A stretch of 64,000 nucleotides of DNA from Planctomycetota bacterium (GTDB lineage: Bacteria; Planctomycetota; MHYJ01; WSZJ01). The stretch lies in NCBI GenBank assembly GCA_038060895.1, contig JBBTCT010000007.1, positions 210,889 through 274,888 of the forward strand, written 5' to 3'. Below are positions 1 through 8,809 of this stretch, piece after piece. Every line of letters starts with the position of its first letter. Positions within the stretch are counted from its first letter, which is position 1. The notes beneath the pieces were generated by a model. It saw only the letters and a program-made list of their open reading frames with translations. It ran no database searches and was not told the origin of the DNA. Both the position numbers and the translations under genes were made by a program.

Positions 1-127
1 GAACTTCGAGGTTGAGGTCGTCCACGGCGGTCAGGGCGCCGAAGCGCTTCGTCAGCCCCTCCGTGCGAAGCACGACCTCCTTGAGGGCCGTGTCGGGCGA
101 TGCGGGGTGAAGAGCGGCGGATTCCAT
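1..127 (-). CDS. ABC transporter ATP-binding protein, N-terminal part (runs off window)
   Basis: Manual translation from ATG at 127 gives MESAALHPASPDTALKEVVLRTEGLTKRFGALTAVDDLNLEV, a typical ABC ATPase start (L.KRFG...AVDDLNL.V). Not in the ORF track. Confidence 0.8.
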   Translation of the reverse strand, partial: MESAALHPASPDTALKEVVLRTEGLTKRFGALTAVDDLNLEV

Positions 128-169
128 GGACGGCAGTTTGGAGCCGGAAGTCGGGAGAGGCAACATCAA

Positions 170-958
170 CTACCCGCGGGCCTTCTTCACGAAGCGACTC
201 GCCCGGGCGGCGTCAACGGGTGCGTCGGGAACGCCTCCCTCCTTGATCGCGGTCCCGACGATCACTCCGTCGCATTTCTTCAGCGTCGCCCGGATCGTCG
301 CTTCCGTCACGCCACTCCCCGCAAACACCGGGGCCCCGCCGCGCGCCGCCTCGTCGTAGTCCTTCGGGTCCGCGGCGTAACCCGTGGCGCTGCCCGTCAC
401 GACGATCACGTCGGCGAGGCCGCGATGGACGGCGTCGGAGGCTTCTTCGTGAAGCGGCCTCGGCGCGAGGGGGGCGGAGTGCTTCACGCCGACGTCGGCG
501 AGGATGCCGCATTCGGGGCAGAGCCGGGCGCGGAGGCGGCACGTTTCGGCGGCGCGCCCCTCGATGATGCCCTGGTCGGTGAGCTGGGCGCCGACGTGGA
601 CGTTGACCCTGATGAAGCGCGCGCCGGTTGAGGCGCAGACGGCGAGGCCGGCGTGGGCGTCGTTGCGGAGGGCGTTGACGCCGACGGGGATGCTCACGGC
701 GCGCAGGACTTCGCTGACGCAGCGCGTCAATGCGGCAACGGTCTCGGGGGGCAGGTCTGCCTTGAAAAACGGGAAATCGCCGTAGTTCTCAACGATGAGC
801 GCGTCGAGCCCGCCGGCCTCGATCGCCCGCGCGTCGATCAGCGCGCGCTTGAGCACCGCCGTCATGGACGTGTGCCGCGGAGCGCCGGGAAGCGGCAGGA
901 GGTGAACCATGCCGACCAGCGGCTTCGGATGGCGGAAGAGACGTTCGAGGGTGCTCAT
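170..958 (-). CDS. BtpA/SgcQ family TIM-barrel protein
   Basis: Motifs GMVHLLPLPGAP, ENYGDFPF, GVNALRND, ADVGVKHS, VTGSATG and GVIVGTAIK. Start placed at ATG 958, 7 nt after a TAGACT -10-like hexamer. Confidence 0.9.
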   Translation of the reverse strand: MSTLERLFRHPKPLVGMVHLLPLPGAPRHTSMTAVLKRALIDARAIEAGGLDALIVENYGDFPFFKADLPPETVAALTRCVSEVLRAVSIPVGVNALRNDAHAGLAVCASTGARFIRVNVHVGAQLTDQGIIEGRAAETCRLRARLCPECGILADVGVKHSAPLAPRPLHEEASDAVHRGLADVIVVTGSATGYAADPKDYDEAARGGAPVFAGSGVTEATIRATLKKCDGVIVGTAIKEGGVPDAPVDAARASRFVKKARG

Positions 959-985
959 GCGCGAGAGTCTAGTGCGCTGCCGCAC

Positions 986-1078
986 AAACCCGAAACACGA
1001 AACTAGGGACGGAACCCGGAACGCGGAACCCGGAACGCGGAACCCGGAACGCGGAACTCAACTTCCGGAACCGGAAAC
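986..1078. repeat. Heptamer tandem repeat (GGAACCC/GGAACGC alternating)
   Basis: (GGAACCCGGAACGC)x3 at 1011-1052, with degenerate units on both sides; intergenic. Confidence 0.85.
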
Positions 1079-1079
1079 T

Positions 1080-2201
1080 CTAAACCGTCCTGGGCCCCGC
1101 CCCTGTGTACACCGCCGCAGGCCGGTACAGCTTGTGGTCGTCCCACAACTCCAGCATGTGCGCGCCCCATCCGAACACCCGCGCCATGGCAAACAGCGTC
1201 GTGAAAAACTCCGGCGGAATGCCCAGCGCCGCAAAGACAGCCCCCTTGTAGAACTCGACGTTCGCGCGGATCCGCTTCCCCTGCTCCGCGAATCGCTTCT
1301 CCGCGTGCTCGTCGACGGCGATCAGCGTCTCGACGACTTTCTCCTGCCCTTTCAGCCTCGCCAGTTCGAGCGCCATCGGCTTGAGGATGACGGCGCGCGG
1401 GTCGACAACTTTGTACTCGCGGTGGCCGAGCCCCATGATCTTCTCCTTCGCCGCAAGCTGCTCGTCCACCCAGGCCGGCGCCTTCGCCGGGTCTCCGATC
1501 GAAAGCGCCATCCGGTACGCGGCTTCGTCCGCGCCTCCATGAAGCGGCCCGTAGAGCGCCCCGACGCAGGCCGAGAGAGCCATGGACAGCGGACAGAGCG
1601 TCGAAGCAACGGTGCGCCCCGTGAACGTCGAGGCATTGAATCCGTGCTCCATCTGCAGGATCTGCGTCGCGTCGAGCGTCGCGACCTCCGCCGGGTGCGG
1701 CGCTTCCCCGCGCAGCATCCGCAGGAAGTCGGCATGGATCGGAAGCGAGGGATCGGGGGCGAGGGGCGTGCGGCCGGCGCGGAGGCGGGCGAGCGCGGCG
1801 ACCGTCGTGGGCAGCTTTGCGGCGATCGCGAGCAGCCCCTCGCGCTGCGCGGCGCGGTTTTCCAGCCTGGGGGCAGACTTTGCGGAGGCGTCGTCGAGCA
1901 GGGGCAGGACGACCTGGAGCGCGGTCATCGGGTGAGTCTCTCGCGGGAGGCGCGAGAGAACGTCTGCTGCCGCGGGCGGCAGCGCGCGCGGCTGGGCCAG
2001 GGATCGTTCAAACTCCCGTCGGGAGTCGGGGGTCGGGAGCTCGCCGTCGAGGACGAGGCAGGCGACGTCGAGGAACGAGCAGTGACTGACCAGGTCGGCA
2101 ATCGAGTAGCCGCGGTAGCGAAGTTCGCCGCGTTCGCCGTCGATGTCCGAGATGGAAGTGGTGTCCGCCGGGACGCCGGCGAGGCCTTTGGGCAGGGTCA
2201 T
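1080..2201 (-). CDS. Citrate synthase / 2-methylcitrate synthase family (short type)
   Basis: Motifs KGLAGV, IDGERGELRYRGY, EHGFNASTF, GPLHGGA, IMGLGHREYKVVDPRA and NVEFY. Confidence 0.93.
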   Translation of the reverse strand: MTLPKGLAGVPADTTSISDIDGERGELRYRGYSIADLVSHCSFLDVACLVLDGELPTPDSRREFERSLAQPRALPPAAADVLSRLPRETHPMTALQVVLPLLDDASAKSAPRLENRAAQREGLLAIAAKLPTTVAALARLRAGRTPLAPDPSLPIHADFLRMLRGEAPHPAEVATLDATQILQMEHGFNASTFTGRTVASTLCPLSMALSACVGALYGPLHGGADEAAYRMALSIGDPAKAPAWVDEQLAAKEKIMGLGHREYKVVDPRAVILKPMALELARLKGQEKVVETLIAVDEHAEKRFAEQGKRIRANVEFYKGAVFAALGIPPEFFTTLFAMARVFGWGAHMLELWDDHKLYRPAAVYTGAGPRTV

Positions 2202-2261
2202 GGCTGAGGCTCCGGGTGGATGGGTGGCTGGAAGGACGTTACGCCAGCGCGGCGCTGTTTT

Positions 2262-2303
2262 GAAATTGATTCTATTGACGATTCAATCAGTTTTGCTAAT
2301 AGT
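2262..2303. promoter_or_regulatory. Divergent promoter/operator region between citrate synthase and LysR
   Basis: AT-rich patch with a TGATT...AATCA inverted repeat (2267-2289) and TTGACG(2275-2280)-N16-TAATAG; layout typical of LysR control regions. Confidence 0.5.
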
Positions 2304-2308
2304 CCGTC

Positions 2309-3181
2309 ATCGACTCCCATTCCCTCGCGCTCTTCAAGGCCGTCGTCGATCACCACGGCTTCGCCCGCGCCGCCGAGGCGACATGGCTGACCCAGTCCGC
2401 GGTCTCGCAGTCGATCCGCCGCCTGGAGACCGAGCTCGGTGCACCGCTTCTCACGCGCTCCCGCCCGCCCGCCACCACGCCCGCCGGAGCCCGGCTGTAC
2501 CGCCACGCCGCCGACGTGCTAGGCCGCGACGCGGTCGTGCGCCGGGAGATCGATGAAATCCGCAAGGGCGGCTCCGGCGTCCTCACGCTGGGCGCTTCGC
2601 AGGCGCTCTCGCGCGAAGTGCTCCCCCGCCTGGTCCGCGCCTTTGCCCGGCGCCGCCCGCTGGCCGCGCTCCATTTCGAAACCCACCCGTCGCGCGAACT
2701 CATCCGCCTCGTCGCCGACGGGCGCTTCGAGCTCGGCCTCGGTCCGTTCCAGAAATCCATGCCGGGATTCGCCCGGGTTCCGCTGGGCCGCCAGCGCGTC
2801 ATCCTCTACGTCGGCCGCGGCTCCCCCGCCCATCGCGACCTGCGCCGCGAAGGCGAGCCCTCCCTTCACCGCATCCCCCTCGTCACTTCACACCTCGACG
2901 CCCCCGGCACGCGCCCCGGCGGCGGGCGCCTGCGCGATCACTTTCGAACGGTCTGGGAGGTCCACTCCCTCGACCTGCGCCTCGAGATCGTCCGCGCCGG
3001 ACTCGCCGTCGGCTACCTCCCTGAATCGAGCGTCCGCGCCGCGGGCCACAAGCGCGACTTCGTCGCCGTCAACTGGCTCGACTTCGGCGTCATCGAGCGG
3101 GAATTCGGGTTCTTCAGGATGGAGAAGCGCCCGCTGACGGAGCTGGCCGCGGAGTGGCTCGCTATCACGAAGCGCCCGTGA
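2309..3181 (+). CDS. LysR family transcriptional regulator (start codon non-canonical or uncertain)
   Basis: The frame of ORF 2516-3181 extends upstream as IDSHSLALFKAVVDHHGFARAAEATWLTQSAVSQSIRRLETELGAPLLTR (LysR HTH), bounded by an in-frame TAG at 2300-2302. Confidence 0.88.
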   Translation: MDSHSLALFKAVVDHHGFARAAEATWLTQSAVSQSIRRLETELGAPLLTRSRPPATTPAGARLYRHAADVLGRDAVVRREIDEIRKGGSGVLTLGASQALSREVLPRLVRAFARRRPLAALHFETHPSRELIRLVADGRFELGLGPFQKSMPGFARVPLGRQRVILYVGRGSPAHRDLRREGEPSLHRIPLVTSHLDAPGTRPGGGRLRDHFRTVWEVHSLDLRLEIVRAGLAVGYLPESSVRAAGHKRDFVAVNWLDFGVIEREFGFFRMEKRPLTELAAEWLAITKRP

Positions 3182-3244
3182 AGTGTGCAGAAGACCTCGT
3201 TTCGGCGACAATCGCAGCTTCGACACAACTCCCTGGAGAGCGCC

Positions 3245-3682
3245 ATGGCCGAAATTGCGAAGTTGCCGGATCCCGTCGTCGTCGTGAAGGCACCGAAGAC
3301 CGGGCTGCGCCTGGACATTGAGGCCGGGAAGCACCGTCTGGTGGCGGACGAGTTGCCGGCCATCGGAGGCACCGATACCGGACCGTCACCCTACCAGCTG
3401 CTCCTGTCGGCGCTCGGCGCGTGCACGGCGATGACGCTTCGGGTGTATTCCGAGCGCAAGAAGTGGCCGCTGGAGGAGGTCGAGGTGAGGTTGACGCAGT
3501 CGAAGGTGATCCTCGACCCGGCGGACCCGAAGAGCGGGCAGGCCGACAGGATCGTTCGCGAGATCCGTCTGACCGGGCCGTTGGACGACGAAATGCGGAC
3601 GCGGCTGATGGAAGTGGCGAACAAGTGCCCGGTGCACAAGACGCTGTCGGTGGGCGCGAAGATCGAAACGAAGCCGCTCTGA
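3245..3682 (+). CDS. OsmC family protein (YhfA-like)
   Basis: Motifs ADELPAIGGTDTGPSPYQLLLSALGACTAMTLR and ANKCPVHKTL; GGAG RBS before ATG 3245. Confidence 0.9.
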   Translation: MAEIAKLPDPVVVVKAPKTGLRLDIEAGKHRLVADELPAIGGTDTGPSPYQLLLSALGACTAMTLRVYSERKKWPLEEVEVRLTQSKVILDPADPKSGQADRIVREIRLTGPLDDEMRTRLMEVANKCPVHKTLSVGAKIETKPL

Positions 3683-4779
3683 TGAAGTGGTCCTTCCGGA
3701 TCGCCCGGATCGCGGGGATTGACGTGCGGATTCATGCGACGTTTTTCCTGCTGCTCGTGTGGATCGCATACATGTCCTGGTCCGAGCGGAAGTCGCTGGC
3801 CGAGACCGGCGACGTGGCGCTGTTCACAGGCGTCACGTTTCTGATCATCGTCCTGCACGAGTTCGGGCATGCGCTCACGGCGCGAGCATTCGGGATCCGG
3901 ACGCGCGACATCACGCTGCTGCCGATCGGCGGGCTCGCGCGGCTGGAGCGGATGCCGGACAAGCCGTGGCAGGAGTTCCTGGTGGCGATCGCCGGACCGG
4001 CCGTGAACGTGGCGATCTGCGCCGCGGCGTTCGCGGCGCTGGCCGCCACCGGCCGGACGAGCAGCCTCTTCAATGGCGATCCGTTTCGCTCCGGATGGCT
4101 CGTCTGGCTTGTCTGGTCCAACGCCTTCCTGGCCGGCTTCAATATGCTGCCCGCCTTCCCGATGGACGGCGGCCGCGTCCTCCGCGCCCTCCTGGCGATG
4201 CAGTTCGATCACGCCTTCGCGACCGCGATCGCCGCCCGGCTCGGGCAGGCCGTCGCGCTTTTCTTCGTGATCCTCGGCCTCGCCACGTCCCCGATGTTCG
4301 CGCTCATCGGCCTCTTCGTCTGGATCGGCGCAGGCGAAGAAAACAGACAGGTCCAGTTCCGTGCGGCCCTCGCAGGCATCCCGGTTGCCCAGGCGATGGC
4401 CACGGAAATCCGGACCCTCGCTCCTTCCGACCCCCTCGAGAAGGCCGCCCTTTACCTGACCCGCACCACCCAGACCGAATTCCCCGTGGTCGACGGCGAC
4501 CGCGTCGTCGGCCTCCTCACGCGCCCCGCGCTTCTAAAGGTGATCGGAAGCGGCGGCCCCGCGGCGCAGGTTCTTACCGCGATGTCCACCGACTTCGCCG
4601 TGCTCTCCCCAACCGACGCGCTCGACCACGCCTTCGTCACCCTGCAGTCGTCCTCCATTCACGCCGCCGCCGTCGTCCACGAGGGAAAACTCGTCGGGCT
4701 CCTCACCCTCGAGGAAATCGGAGAGCTTGCGGCCCTGCTGGATGCCCTGAAGCGTGGCCACCAGCCGCCGCGGACGTAA
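3682..4779 (+). CDS. Site-2 protease (M50) with C-terminal CBS domains
   Basis: HEFGH zinc motif, AIAGPAVN, FNMLPAFPMDGGR and a CBS pair; ATG overlaps the upstream stop (TGATG). Confidence 0.93.
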   Translation: MKWSFRIARIAGIDVRIHATFFLLLVWIAYMSWSERKSLAETGDVALFTGVTFLIIVLHEFGHALTARAFGIRTRDITLLPIGGLARLERMPDKPWQEFLVAIAGPAVNVAICAAAFAALAATGRTSSLFNGDPFRSGWLVWLVWSNAFLAGFNMLPAFPMDGGRVLRALLAMQFDHAFATAIAARLGQAVALFFVILGLATSPMFALIGLFVWIGAGEENRQVQFRAALAGIPVAQAMATEIRTLAPSDPLEKAALYLTRTTQTEFPVVDGDRVVGLLTRPALLKVIGSGGPAAQVLTAMSTDFAVLSPTDALDHAFVTLQSSSIHAAAVVHEGKLVGLLTLEEIGELAALLDALKRGHQPPRT

Positions 4780-4788
4780 GATCCCGGA

Positions 4789-5382
4789 GTGGAACTCTTC
4801 CGCCTCATCGACCTCTTCGGCGTCTCCGTCTTCGCCGTCTCCGGCGCGCTCAAGGCGCGCGAGAAGCAGCTCGATCCGGTCGGGTTCGTGACGCTCGGGG
4901 TCGTGACGGCGACGGGGGGCGGCGTGATGCGCGACGCAATCCTGGGGCGGGTGCCGCCGTTCGTGTTCCAGGACTCGTGGATCCTCGGCGTCGCGATCGC
5001 CGTGTCGCTCGCGGCATTTTTCGTGAAGCTGCCCGCGAGGGGGCTCGAGTATTTCGACGCGATCGGGCTCGGCTTCTACACGGCGATGGGAGCGCAACTT
5101 GCCGCGGACAAGGGCCTTCCCGCGGTACCCGCGATTCTCGTCGGCGTCACCGCAGCCTGCGGCGGCGGCGTCATCCGCGAGGTGCTGGTGAACGACCTGC
5201 CGTTCATTTTCCGCGGCACCCTGTACGCGACCGCCAGCATCGCCGGGGCGGCTGCACTTCTCGCCGCGCGCCGTTTCGGCGCCCCCACGCCCCTGGCGCT
5301 CAGCCTCGGCTTCGCCGTCACCGCGGGAATCCGCACGCTCGCCATCCGCAAGCACCTCTCGCTTCCCACCCCCTCCGAGTAA
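4789..5382 (+). CDS. Trimeric intracellular cation channel family / UPF0126 membrane protein
   Basis: Motifs DLFGVSVFAVSGA, TATGGGVMRD, DAIGLG, TAACGGGVIRE and LYATAS. Confidence 0.9.
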   Translation: MELFRLIDLFGVSVFAVSGALKAREKQLDPVGFVTLGVVTATGGGVMRDAILGRVPPFVFQDSWILGVAIAVSLAAFFVKLPARGLEYFDAIGLGFYTAMGAQLAADKGLPAVPAILVGVTAACGGGVIREVLVNDLPFIFRGTLYATASIAGAAALLAARRFGAPTPLALSLGFAVTAGIRTLAIRKHLSLPTPSE

Positions 5383-5392
5383 CAGGAGCCCC

Positions 5393-6487
5393 ATGAAAAC
5401 CAAGCCCGCCCGATGGGTCTGCGTCGGAAGCGCCGACAAGCTGAAGCACAAGCCGCTTCAGCAGATCCTCGCCGGCAAAGTTCCGATCGCCCTCTCGTGC
5501 CGCGACGGTCAATTCGGCGCGATATCCGGCGTCTGCACGCACGCCGGCGGGCCGCTCGGGGACGGACACCTCGACAAGTCGGGATACGTGGTCTGTCCGT
5601 GGCACAACTGGGACTTCGAGTGCCAGACCGGAATGGCCCGCCCGGGATTCAAGGACACGGTGCCGGGCCACGACGTCAAGATCGAGGGAGGCGACGTGTG
5701 GGTGAACATTGAGCCGGCGACGAAGCGAGTGAAGTCGGCGCACAAGCCGCACGCGCTGACCCGCGCCATCTGCCGCGAGCCGGGGCCGCTTCGCGTCGCG
5801 GGGATCTCGACGACCGCGATGAACGCGGATCACCCTCGTTTTTCGACCTCCGAGAATCTGCTGGTGGCGGCGCTGGACCACGCGAAATCGAAGGGAGCGG
5901 AGTCGAAGCTGCTCAGGATGAACGACCTCAAGGTCCGCGCGTGCGAGGGGTACTACTCGAAGGCCGCCGGCGCCTGCACGTGGCCGTGCACGATTACTCA
6001 GCAGGACGACAAGGACGAAATGACGGAGATCTACGAGGCGCTCGTCTTCTGGGCCGACGTCGTTCTCGTCTCGACGTCCATCCGCTGGGGCGCTCCTTCG
6101 TCCCTCTATTTCAAGATGGTCGAGCGCCTGAACTGCGTGCAGAACCAGGTCACGCTCAACGACAAGGTGCTCATCCGCAACAAGACGGCCGCCTTCCTCA
6201 TCACCGGCGGCCAGGACAACGTCCAGGCCGTCGCCGGCCAGATGATGATGTTCTTCGGCGAGATCGGCTTCACGTTCCCGCAGTTCCCGTTCGTCGCGCA
6301 CTCGCGCGGATGGACCGCCGAGGACATGGAAAACAACGTCGCGTACGTGAAAGAGGATGAAGGGCTTCGGGACGGAGCCCGGGCGCTGACGGACCGGTGC
6401 CTGGCGATGGCGAAAGGGCTCATCTCGTGCGGTGAAGTTGCGGCAAAGATCCCGCGGGGCGGGCGGAAGGCTTGCCGCACGAAATAG
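5393..6487 (+). CDS. Rieske [2Fe-2S] domain fused to flavodoxin-like / NADPH-dependent FMN reductase domain
   Basis: CTHAGGPL...CPWHNW Rieske motifs, followed by C-EGYYS-C-TWP-C, WADVVLVSTSIRWG and FLITGGQD. Confidence 0.85.
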   Translation: MKTKPARWVCVGSADKLKHKPLQQILAGKVPIALSCRDGQFGAISGVCTHAGGPLGDGHLDKSGYVVCPWHNWDFECQTGMARPGFKDTVPGHDVKIEGGDVWVNIEPATKRVKSAHKPHALTRAICREPGPLRVAGISTTAMNADHPRFSTSENLLVAALDHAKSKGAESKLLRMNDLKVRACEGYYSKAAGACTWPCTITQQDDKDEMTEIYEALVFWADVVLVSTSIRWGAPSSLYFKMVERLNCVQNQVTLNDKVLIRNKTAAFLITGGQDNVQAVAGQMMMFFGEIGFTFPQFPFVAHSRGWTAEDMENNVAYVKEDEGLRDGARALTDRCLAMAKGLISCGEVAAKIPRGGRKACRTK

Positions 6488-6508
6488 CCAAGGCTGGTTC
6501 GCGGTGCC

Positions 6509-7159
6509 CTACTTCAGGGCCCGCCACGCCGGGCCGAGCATCCGCCACCCCGAGCCGTCGTAGAAGAACATGTGGAACTTCATCCCGGAGTCTTCCCCGG
6601 GTGCGACGAATTCCACCTCGTAGAACTTGACCCCGGGCCGCAATACCTGCTCCGCGAGCTTCTTCGCGCCTCCCGGGAACTCCTTGAACGGCACGCTGCC
6701 GTTCGCGTACGCGGCGATTTCCTCGGTCGTCGCGCCGTGGGCCTGGATCTCCGTCCGGTCCGCGCCGCCCCGCTTGAACAACCCGGCGACCTGCGCGTCG
6801 TCCGTGGGTATCGACTCACTCTGCTTGACGCACTCGTCGATAAACCCGGCCGGCGCATCGTCCTTCACGGCCTTCGACAAGGCCGCCTTGCCGGGCAGGA
6901 TGCCGCGGATCAGCGCCGCCGCCTTCTTGTGATCCCCGCCCTCCGAGCTCTTCATGATCGTGTCCAGCAGCCCCTTGAGGTTGTCGGCGCTGTCGTTCTG
7001 CGCGTACAGCGACGGCGTCGAGCTTTCCCCGCTGCCGGATGATCCTCCGCCCGACGAGCTGCTGCCCGACGAACCGCCGCTTCCTGAATCCCCGGACTTT
7101 CCACACCCCGCCAGGCTCACGAGCGCGCAAAGGAACAGCAGGGTCGACGTGCGGATCAT
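6509..7159 (-). CDS. Hypothetical lipoprotein
   Basis: MIRTSTLLFLCALVSLAGC lipobox, Ser/Gly linker, globular C-terminus; GGAGG RBS upstream of ATG 7159. Confidence 0.75.
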   Translation of the reverse strand: MIRTSTLLFLCALVSLAGCGKSGDSGSGGSSGSSSSGGGSSGSGESSTPSLYAQNDSADNLKGLLDTIMKSSEGGDHKKAAALIRGILPGKAALSKAVKDDAPAGFIDECVKQSESIPTDDAQVAGLFKRGGADRTEIQAHGATTEEIAAYANGSVPFKEFPGGAKKLAEQVLRPGVKFYEVEFVAPGEDSGMKFHMFFYDGSGWRMLGPAWRALK

Positions 7160-7205
7160 GCGGGCCTCCCTTGAGTGGTTGTCGTCATCATGGACACGCC
7201 GAACC

Positions 7206-8639
7206 TCATTCCGCCAGCGACCCCATCGGATCCCACGCGGGCAGCACGATCGGCTCGAGGCCGAGCGCCCTCTGGAGGTTCTTCGGCAGCGCGCTCTTGC
7301 GCGCGGCAATCTCGAACATGTGCTCGTCGAACCAGTTGTCGTTCATCACGAAGTACCCCTTGCGGCCGCATTTCTCCTCGCCCCAGCTGTTCTCCACGCG
7401 CCACCGGCGAGGCTTGCCGTTCTCGACGTCGACGCCCGTGAAGAGCATCGCGTGATTCATCGCCGTCTGGTGATAGAGCAGCCGGTCGGCCTTGCTCATG
7501 GTGAACTCGGTGTCGTACAGGGCGTCGTAGCGGAAGAGCTGTTTGTCCCAGATCCCCAGGTCGCGCTTCAACATCTTGCCGCAGTCGCACCCCATCCAGA
7601 CCGGCTCGCCCTTCATGATCGTCTTCATCGCGATCTCCTTCATCAGGCCGATCTCGATGTTGAGGTACTTCACGATGCCGCCCTCGAGGACGTTTCCGAG
7701 GTGCTCGACCGTGAACGTCCGGTTGAACGGGCTCGCCGGGCGCGGGTCGTGGACGAGGCAGACGTACTCGTCGACGGGCAGCGTGATGTACTTCTTCGCA
7801 AACTGCTGCGGCGTGATCGCGCCGTCGCGATGGATCTTTTTCTTGCGGTCGTTCCACTGCCAGTTGAAGCGCGCCGGCGGCGTTCCGAGGTGGATGCAGA
7901 GGATCCGATGAACGGTTTTCAGAATCTCGCGCTTCGACTGCCGCAGCGACTGGGTGGATGAGCCGCCCGCGCTGAGATCGCGCAGGGTCCGGGCGCCTTC
8001 GCGCAATTTCGTAACGAGCATGCTGTTCATGCGGCCCGAATTTGAAGAGCTCTCGGTCTCGGGCATCACGGCTTTCGGCACGACGCCGTACTTCTGCACG
8101 ATGTTGACGAACATGTTCCACTGCCCGCCGTCTCCGAGCACCGTGTCCATCAGGCACGCGACGTTGCGGTCGTCCACGCCCAGGTGCGCCGTCTCGATGA
8201 CTTTTTCGAGGAAGTAGTTCGCCCGCTCCAGCTTGTCCCAGAAAAACGTGTAGTTCTGGCTGAATTCGAACGAGTCGAGCTTCATCTTTTTCATGGCGCC
8301 GACGCGGAACAGGTTCAGCCCGGCGAACATCCAGCAGCGCCCTGAATTCTTCTGGGCGGTGACGGACCACTCGTCGAGCCAGTGCGAGAACGTGAAGTCG
8401 GTGCCGGTCACCACGGCGCGGTTCAGCGCGATGTCGTCGGCGGCTGTCTGGGTCACGGCGTTCAGGGCGACCTGGTAGGCGGGATTGGCGTCGAAGGCCA
8501 TCTGCAGTTCGGCGGCGGCCTGGGCCGTCAGCTCGGCGGGAGAAGCGGCGCCTGCGCGGGAAGCCGGAGGGTCGGACTGGCGGCGCAGGGCGTTGCCGTT
8601 GGACCTGGTTTTCCTGCCGGACGCGGTCGCTTGCAGCAT
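7206..8639 (-). CDS. pepC: Aminopeptidase C / bleomycin hydrolase (C1B)
   Basis: Motifs QKNSGRCWMFAGLN, FEFSQNY..FWDKLERAN, DGGQW, NHAMLFTGV, ENSWG and the C-terminal LPAWDPMGSLA. Confidence 0.95.
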   Translation of the reverse strand: MLQATASGRKTRSNGNALRRQSDPPASRAGAASPAELTAQAAAELQMAFDANPAYQVALNAVTQTAADDIALNRAVVTGTDFTFSHWLDEWSVTAQKNSGRCWMFAGLNLFRVGAMKKMKLDSFEFSQNYTFFWDKLERANYFLEKVIETAHLGVDDRNVACLMDTVLGDGGQWNMFVNIVQKYGVVPKAVMPETESSSNSGRMNSMLVTKLREGARTLRDLSAGGSSTQSLRQSKREILKTVHRILCIHLGTPPARFNWQWNDRKKKIHRDGAITPQQFAKKYITLPVDEYVCLVHDPRPASPFNRTFTVEHLGNVLEGGIVKYLNIEIGLMKEIAMKTIMKGEPVWMGCDCGKMLKRDLGIWDKQLFRYDALYDTEFTMSKADRLLYHQTAMNHAMLFTGVDVENGKPRRWRVENSWGEEKCGRKGYFVMNDNWFDEHMFEIAARKSALPKNLQRALGLEPIVLPAWDPMGSLAE

Positions 8640-8809
8640 GGGAGAGTCCCTCGGGTAGGGTCCAGGAAAGTCCCGCGCGGCCGATCCTCGGCCCGCGGGG
8701 GTGCGGACGATTCGAGAACGGCCATCTTATCCCTGCACCACCCCGGGGACAATCACCTCCGCCGTCCCGACGCGACACCGGGACCGGGAGTCGAGTTATC
8801 ATGCCGGCC

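Noticed and set aside
1011-1058. Short repeats as a possible CRISPR array (also 47531-47580 and 63835-63894)
   Set aside because: Units are 7-12 bp and directly tandem with no unique spacers; no cas genes in the window.
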